Of a stretch of DNA of 20,000 nt, positions 16,362 through 20,000 are shown one piece after another. The notes beneath the pieces are model-generated. The model made no database searches, was not told the origin of the DNA, and saw nothing but the letters and a program-made list of their open reading frames with translations. Each line of letters opens with the position of its first letter. Positions within the stretch are counted from its first letter, which is position 1. This DNA comes from an uncultured virus (IMG/VR IMGVR_UViG_3300020196_000023) (taxonomy: Duplodnaviria; Heunggongvirae; Uroviricota; Caudoviricetes): IMG/VR virus record IMGVR_UViG_3300020196_000023; one strand, given 5' to 3'. The translations under genes were made by a program, and so were the position numbers.

Positions 16362-17168
16362 ATGAAGCATAATAAGAAAAGAAATACCGCTTTTCTTTAC
16401 GAAGTATTACTACGTGAAGGCACAAAAGCTACTTTAGAAAAAGATTTTAATCGTCTTAAAACCGTAAAAACATTTATTGTCAAAGCGTTTCATCCTGAAA
16501 CAGAACTTGGCAAAGAATTAAGTTTGTATAAAGCCTTGCTGCAAGGCAAAATAGAAAAAGATATAGCAGAAAAATATTTACAAGAAGTAAAAGATAGACA
16601 CAACAAAATTGATAAGCGTGAACTCTTCAATGAGCAAACTTATTTAATTAATCGTATCAATAAGGCTCTTGGAGCAGATCTATATAATGTTTTTGTTCCA
16701 AGTTATAAAAATTTAGCTACGATAGCACAAATATTTAACGATACAACACCAATAAAAGAAAAAATATTACTAGAAAAAGCATTTCTAGAAGGTGCTTGTG
16801 TATTGAACGAAAATAAAGAGTTAAAACCAATAGATAATTTAGTATTTAAAACATTTACTAAAAAGTTTAATGAAAAGTATTCTTCTTTATTAAACGAACA
16901 AAAAGATTTATTAACAAAATATGTTAGTTCTTTTGCCGATGACGGAACTGAACTAAAAGTTTATTTAAATGAAGAAATAGAAAGATTAAAAACAAAAATC
17001 AATACTTCTTTGGAAATAGAAGAGATAAAAAGCGATTCAAGAATGCTAGAAAAAACAAACAAACTTTTAAATGTTTTAAGTGAATTTAAAAATAATAAAC
17101 AAATATCTTCTGAAATGTTAGAAAGCGTATTAAAAATACAACAATTTGTTTATGAGGTGGAAAACTAA
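16362..17168 (+). CDS. Helical hypothetical protein in the head-assembly region (possible prohead core component)
   Basis: 268 aa, K/E/L-rich, coupled to the portal by TAAATG. Function inferred from position only. Confidence 0.7.
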   Translation: MKHNKKRNTAFLYEVLLREGTKATLEKDFNRLKTVKTFIVKAFHPETELGKELSLYKALLQGKIEKDIAEKYLQEVKDRHNKIDKRELFNEQTYLINRINKALGADLYNVFVPSYKNLATIAQIFNDTTPIKEKILLEKAFLEGACVLNENKELKPIDNLVFKTFTKKFNEKYSSLLNEQKDLLTKYVSSFADDGTELKVYLNEEIERLKTKINTSLEIEEIKSDSRMLEKTNKLLNVLSEFKNNKQISSEMLESVLKIQQFVYEVEN

Positions 17169-17170
17169 AA

Positions 17171-17692
17171 ATGATTAAAGTTGTTATATCAAAAAGTGAT
17201 GGCATTAAAAAAGAAATAATGATTAGCAAAACACTTGCTGGTCATTACATGCTTAAAGAGCATCCTGAAATAGATATTATTGTTGTTCCCGACAAGCAAA
17301 AAGTTTTAGTATTCCCTAAAGATGATCAAACCGATCAAATATATAATCTTCAAGAACGCTTATTTAAATATATGGTTGGCAAAGGAGTTATTTTACCAGA
17401 AAGTGTTGTAGCTGGGAATGTATATGGCTCTTTACAAGGGGGTTATATACAAACCCCCCCAGATGGTCAAGACCCTGTGCAAGTAGTTATATATAATCTT
17501 GCTTCTTTTATAGATGATGAAATGCCTAAATATAATCGTGAAAAGTCATACGAAGATGCTCTTGAGAAAGAACTACTCACTCCCTCTGTTGAAGTTTCTA
17601 CAGAACTTGGCGAAATTCCTCAAGAACCATTTAAGGGATCGATTCCCAAATATGGTTTTCCCACCAGAGGCATTTACAGATATAACTATTAG
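17171..17692 (+). CDS. Hypothetical protein (173 aa), head-assembly region
   Basis: ORF track, SD GAGGTG at 17154-17159. Confidence 0.75.
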   Translation: MIKVVISKSDGIKKEIMISKTLAGHYMLKEHPEIDIIVVPDKQKVLVFPKDDQTDQIYNLQERLFKYMVGKGVILPESVVAGNVYGSLQGGYIQTPPDGQDPVQVVIYNLASFIDDEMPKYNREKSYEDALEKELLTPSVEVSTELGEIPQEPFKGSIPKYGFPTRGIYRYNY

Positions 17693-17703
17693 AAATTTGT
17701 TTT

Positions 17704-18030
17704 ATGAAAATAACAAAACAACATCTTCAACAAATTATTAAAGAAGAAATATTAAAACAAAGTTTAATTGATAAAATTAAAAATTTATTTAAAAGAAAAT
17801 ATAGTAATTATTTAGAAAAATATTATGATGCTGTAAAAGCTGGTGTGTCAAAAGATCAAGCCGCCGAGCAATTTATAGATCCGGTTGTAGATATAATAGC
17901 ACAAGAAATACAAAATAATACATTAGGTAGGTCTATTGGTTGGAGAGAAGAAGATTTGGCAGCTACAGGTGGTAGAGAAGTGTTAAAACCCGGTGGTTTT
18001 GGTGGCGCAGAAATATCAGAAAGTGAATAA
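17704..18030 (+). CDS. Hypothetical protein with MKITKQHLQQIIKEEI leader (108 aa)
   Basis: Leader matches that of 6332. Confidence 0.7.
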   Translation: MKITKQHLQQIIKEEILKQSLIDKIKNLFKRKYSNYLEKYYDAVKAGVSKDQAAEQFIDPVVDIIAQEIQNNTLGRSIGWREEDLAATGGREVLKPGGFGGAEISESE

Positions 18031-18032
18031 TA

Positions 18033-18299
18033 ATGGAATTACTAACTTTTATTCTTGCCTGTTACGGTATGACAATGATTGTCGTATATGGAAAAATATT
18101 TGAGCCTGTTCGACCAAATCATTATTTTTTCCGCTGCACATTATGCATGGGTTTCTGGATAGGACTGTTTAATTGTTTTATGATCCAGTTACCATTCAAT
18201 GCTTTTACTGCCGGATGCATAAGTGCAGGAACATGTTATTTGCTAAGTCGCCTAGTAGACGATGACGGTATAGTAATTAAAATGAAAAAAGATAAATAA
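18033..18299 (+). CDS. Small Cys-rich membrane protein with CxxCxGFW motif (DUF1360-like by recall)
   Basis: Three hydrophobic segments and CTLCMGFWIG. Confidence 0.65.
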   Translation: MELLTFILACYGMTMIVVYGKIFEPVRPNHYFFRCTLCMGFWIGLFNCFMIQLPFNAFTAGCISAGTCYLLSRLVDDDGIVIKMKKDK

Positions 18300-18301
18300 A
18301 T

Positions 18302-18311
18302 AACTATTTAT
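18302..18311 (+). promoter_or_regulatory. Putative late-promoter motif AACTATTTAT (copy 4)
   Basis: Intergenic, upstream of SD GGAGGT (18320-18325). Confidence 0.7.
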
Positions 18312-18332
18312 AATTGATTGGAGGTGTTGCCA

Positions 18333-18404
18333 ATGAAAAAACAAATTACTTATGTAAGACGCTACATGCTACAACCTGTGAGGCGTTGCTGTAACGGTAG
18401 TTGA
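18333..18404 (+). CDS. 23-aa micropeptide MKKQITYVRRYMLQPVRRCCNGS
   Basis: SD GGAGGT 7 nt upstream, promoter motif before it and a hairpin after it. Too short for the ORF track. Confidence 0.7.
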   Translation: MKKQITYVRRYMLQPVRRCCNGS

Positions 18405-18409
18405 ATTTA

Positions 18410-18433
18410 GCCCCAGATAAAAACTGGGGTTTT
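18410..18433 (+). terminator. Terminator-like hairpin with short U-tract
   Basis: GCCCCAG-ATAAAAA-CTGGGGT followed by TTT. Confidence 0.55.
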
Positions 18434-18450
18434 AGCCTTAAAAATAAATT

Positions 18451-19062
18451 ATGTCAAAAGAATTACTTAGAGAATTTTACGAATTATGCGATGGTGGACT
18501 TTGCCAAGATCTTCTTACAGAAGCGGAGAAGAAGAGCGTTAAAGAAGGTGTAGTTATACTTTCTGGCATCATGCAAAGATGTGATTCTGAAAATGGTAAT
18601 GGACGTATATATGGTCGTGAAATTCTTGAACGCGAAGTCGAAAACTATAAAAAAATGGTTAACGACAAAAGAGCATTAGGAGAACTAGACCATCCAGAAG
18701 ATTCCGTTGTTAACTTACGTAATGTTTCGCATATCGTAACAGATATTTGGTGGAATGGCGATGCTGTGATGGGCAAAGTTCGCGTATTAGACACACCATC
18801 AGGTAGAATACTTAAATCTTTAGTAGAAAGCGGCGTTAAGTTAGGTATATCAAGTCGTGGCTTGGGAAGCACAAAAAAACTTAATGGTAAAACAATAGTT
18901 GATGATGATTTCCAACTTATTTGTTTTGATTTCGTGCAAGAACCAAGTACCACAAATGCATTTATGATGAGTGAAGGCAAAAAACGCACTCTTGATCCAA
19001 GTAAAATATGGACCAAGGCAGATCGCTTAAATAGACTTCTAAATGAGATTGTAAAAGGATAA
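18451..19062 (+). CDS. Prohead maturation protease (T4 gp21-like)
   Basis: NGNGRIY, ALGELDHP, VSH, LDTPSGRIL, LGISSRGLGS, FDFVQEPST. Confidence 0.96.
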   Translation: MSKELLREFYELCDGGLCQDLLTEAEKKSVKEGVVILSGIMQRCDSENGNGRIYGREILEREVENYKKMVNDKRALGELDHPEDSVVNLRNVSHIVTDIWWNGDAVMGKVRVLDTPSGRILKSLVESGVKLGISSRGLGSTKKLNGKTIVDDDFQLICFDFVQEPSTTNAFMMSEGKKRTLDPSKIWTKADRLNRLLNEIVKG

Positions 19063-19067
19063 ATAAA

Positions 19068-19469
19068 ATGGCAGAATTTCAATATAAAGCTGGATTACAC
19101 AATGTAGGCAGTTATCAAGTCAGTGGTATACCATATGTAACAGGTTCTTTAACCGCCCCAACCAGCTCTGGTACGCCAATTGTTATAGAATTTCCAAGCG
19201 TTACAAAGTTCGTAACTGTAACAAACAGCGCCGCAATAGGTGGAACACAATTAAGAGTTGGTTATAGTGAAAACGGCGTTAAAGGAACAAATTTTTGCCT
19301 AGTTAATCCGCAAGCTAGCGTAACATACGAAGTTAAAACAGACAAGATATATTTGCTTTCTAATGGTGCAGCTATAACTAATTTAGTTAGCATTTGTGCT
19401 GGTTTAACTGGTATAGAGACAAATTACAGTTTAGCAGCAACATATTCTGGTAGTAATGGCATAGGATAA
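19068..19469 (+). CDS. Probable virion structural protein (133 aa, beta-rich)
   Basis: G/S/T-rich with alternating beta pattern, SD AAGGA, directly after the protease. Confidence 0.6.
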   Translation: MAEFQYKAGLHNVGSYQVSGIPYVTGSLTAPTSSGTPIVIEFPSVTKFVTVTNSAAIGGTQLRVGYSENGVKGTNFCLVNPQASVTYEVKTDKIYLLSNGAAITNLVSICAGLTGIETNYSLAATYSGSNGIG

Positions 19470-19475
19470 AATTAG

Positions 19476-20000
19476 ATGTCCACTTTTACTGATTGTTCTG
19501 ATAATTTAACATGTGCAACACTTTCTGGGAGCAATGGCGTTGCTGTTGGTGTAATTGCTGGAAGCCCAAATAAAATTGTTGTTTCCGGAACAGGTAATTA
19601 TACAGGGAATTTTGAAATAACTGGCAATTTAAGAAGTACCGGCACGATTGTTGGGCCAGCTATGCTATTGTCCAATTCTTCTGGCTATGCAAATATAGAA
19701 GTTGGTGGTCCAAGCGGCGGTCATATAGATTTAAGAAAACCATTCAGTGAACCAGATTTTGATATTAGATTTATAACCGATAATACGATAGAAGGTGGGG
19801 GTTATTTACAGGCATCGGGTGGTGCCGTGTTAGCTTTATCTGGTAATAATGTTGGTATCGGTACTAAAAGTCCCGGCAGCAAATTGGATGTTCAGGGCTA
19901 TACATCATATCGCGGTAATGAATATACAATAGCAAGTTTTGCTGCTAATAGTTCTTTAGCCCCATTAAATATAGTTCAAAGCGTTAATGGAACTAACCCT
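19476..20000 (+). CDS. Tail-fibre-like protein, 5' part (runs off the window)
   Basis: ATG 19476 (MSTFTDCSDNLTCATLSGS...) is open to the window end and contains NVGIGTKSPGSKLDVQG, the common GNVGIGTxxPxxKLDVxG fibre repeat. Confidence 0.75.
   Translation, partial: MSTFTDCSDNLTCATLSGSNGVAVGVIAGSPNKIVVSGTGNYTGNFEITGNLRSTGTIVGPAMLLSNSSGYANIEVGGPSGGHIDLRKPFSEPDFDIRFITDNTIEGGGYLQASGGAVLALSGNNVGIGTKSPGSKLDVQGYTSYRGNEYTIASFAANSSLAPLNIVQSVNGTNP

Noticed and set aside
18402..18430. Selenocysteine readthrough of the micropeptide TGA with the hairpin as SECIS
   Set aside because: Readthrough would add only two residues before TAG, the loop (ATAAAAA) lacks the G typical of bacterial SECIS loops, and the hairpin fits a terminator better.
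613..19082. Minus-strand and alternate-frame ORFs in the track (e.g. 613-924, 1903-2331, 7955-8221, 10963-11376, 16024-16218, 17514-17741, 18645-19082)
   Set aside because: All lie within or across well-supported + strand genes, have shadow-like composition and show no recognisable motifs.
1..20000. Alternative genetic code (stop-codon reassignment)
   Set aside because: Long genes are intact in code 11, and TAG ends ruvC, the SbcCD fusion, 12272 and 17171 at sensible positions.
1..20000. CRISPR array, tRNA, intron, intein, homing endonuclease or integrase
   Set aside because: No regularly spaced repeats or cloverleaf in the short intergenic gaps, and terL, portal core and primase are of ordinary length without insertions.

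Overview
This is an AT-rich, gene-dense segment of a large tailed dsDNA phage with T4-type head-assembly genes, and every credible gene lies on the + strand. The order is: fibre-like virion proteins (1-4722), RuvC-like resolvase, DnaG-type primase, a two-gene insert that includes a ParB/Srx-like protein, a single-chain SbcD-SbcC (Mre11-Rad50) fusion, a holin plus spanin-like membrane trio, two hypotheticals, large terminase, gp20-like portal, hypotheticals, gp21-like prohead protease and further virion/fibre genes. The most notable observations are: (i) one ~90-aa module present five times across three paralogous fibre genes; (ii) an intergenic motif AACTATTTAT (4 copies) that looks like a late promoter, with a core that is the reverse complement of the T4 late box, alongside sigma70-type promoters for RuvC and primase; (iii) an unannotated 23-aa Cys-Cys micropeptide with its own promoter, RBS and hairpin upstream of the protease; (iv) a shared MKIxKxxLxxIIKEEI leader on two unrelated proteins, a candidate capsid-targeting signal; (v) a Cys-free spanin-like pair; (vi) a non-canonical hook and ABC signature in the Mre11-Rad50 fusion. 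All calls come from reading motifs by eye, and no searches were run.
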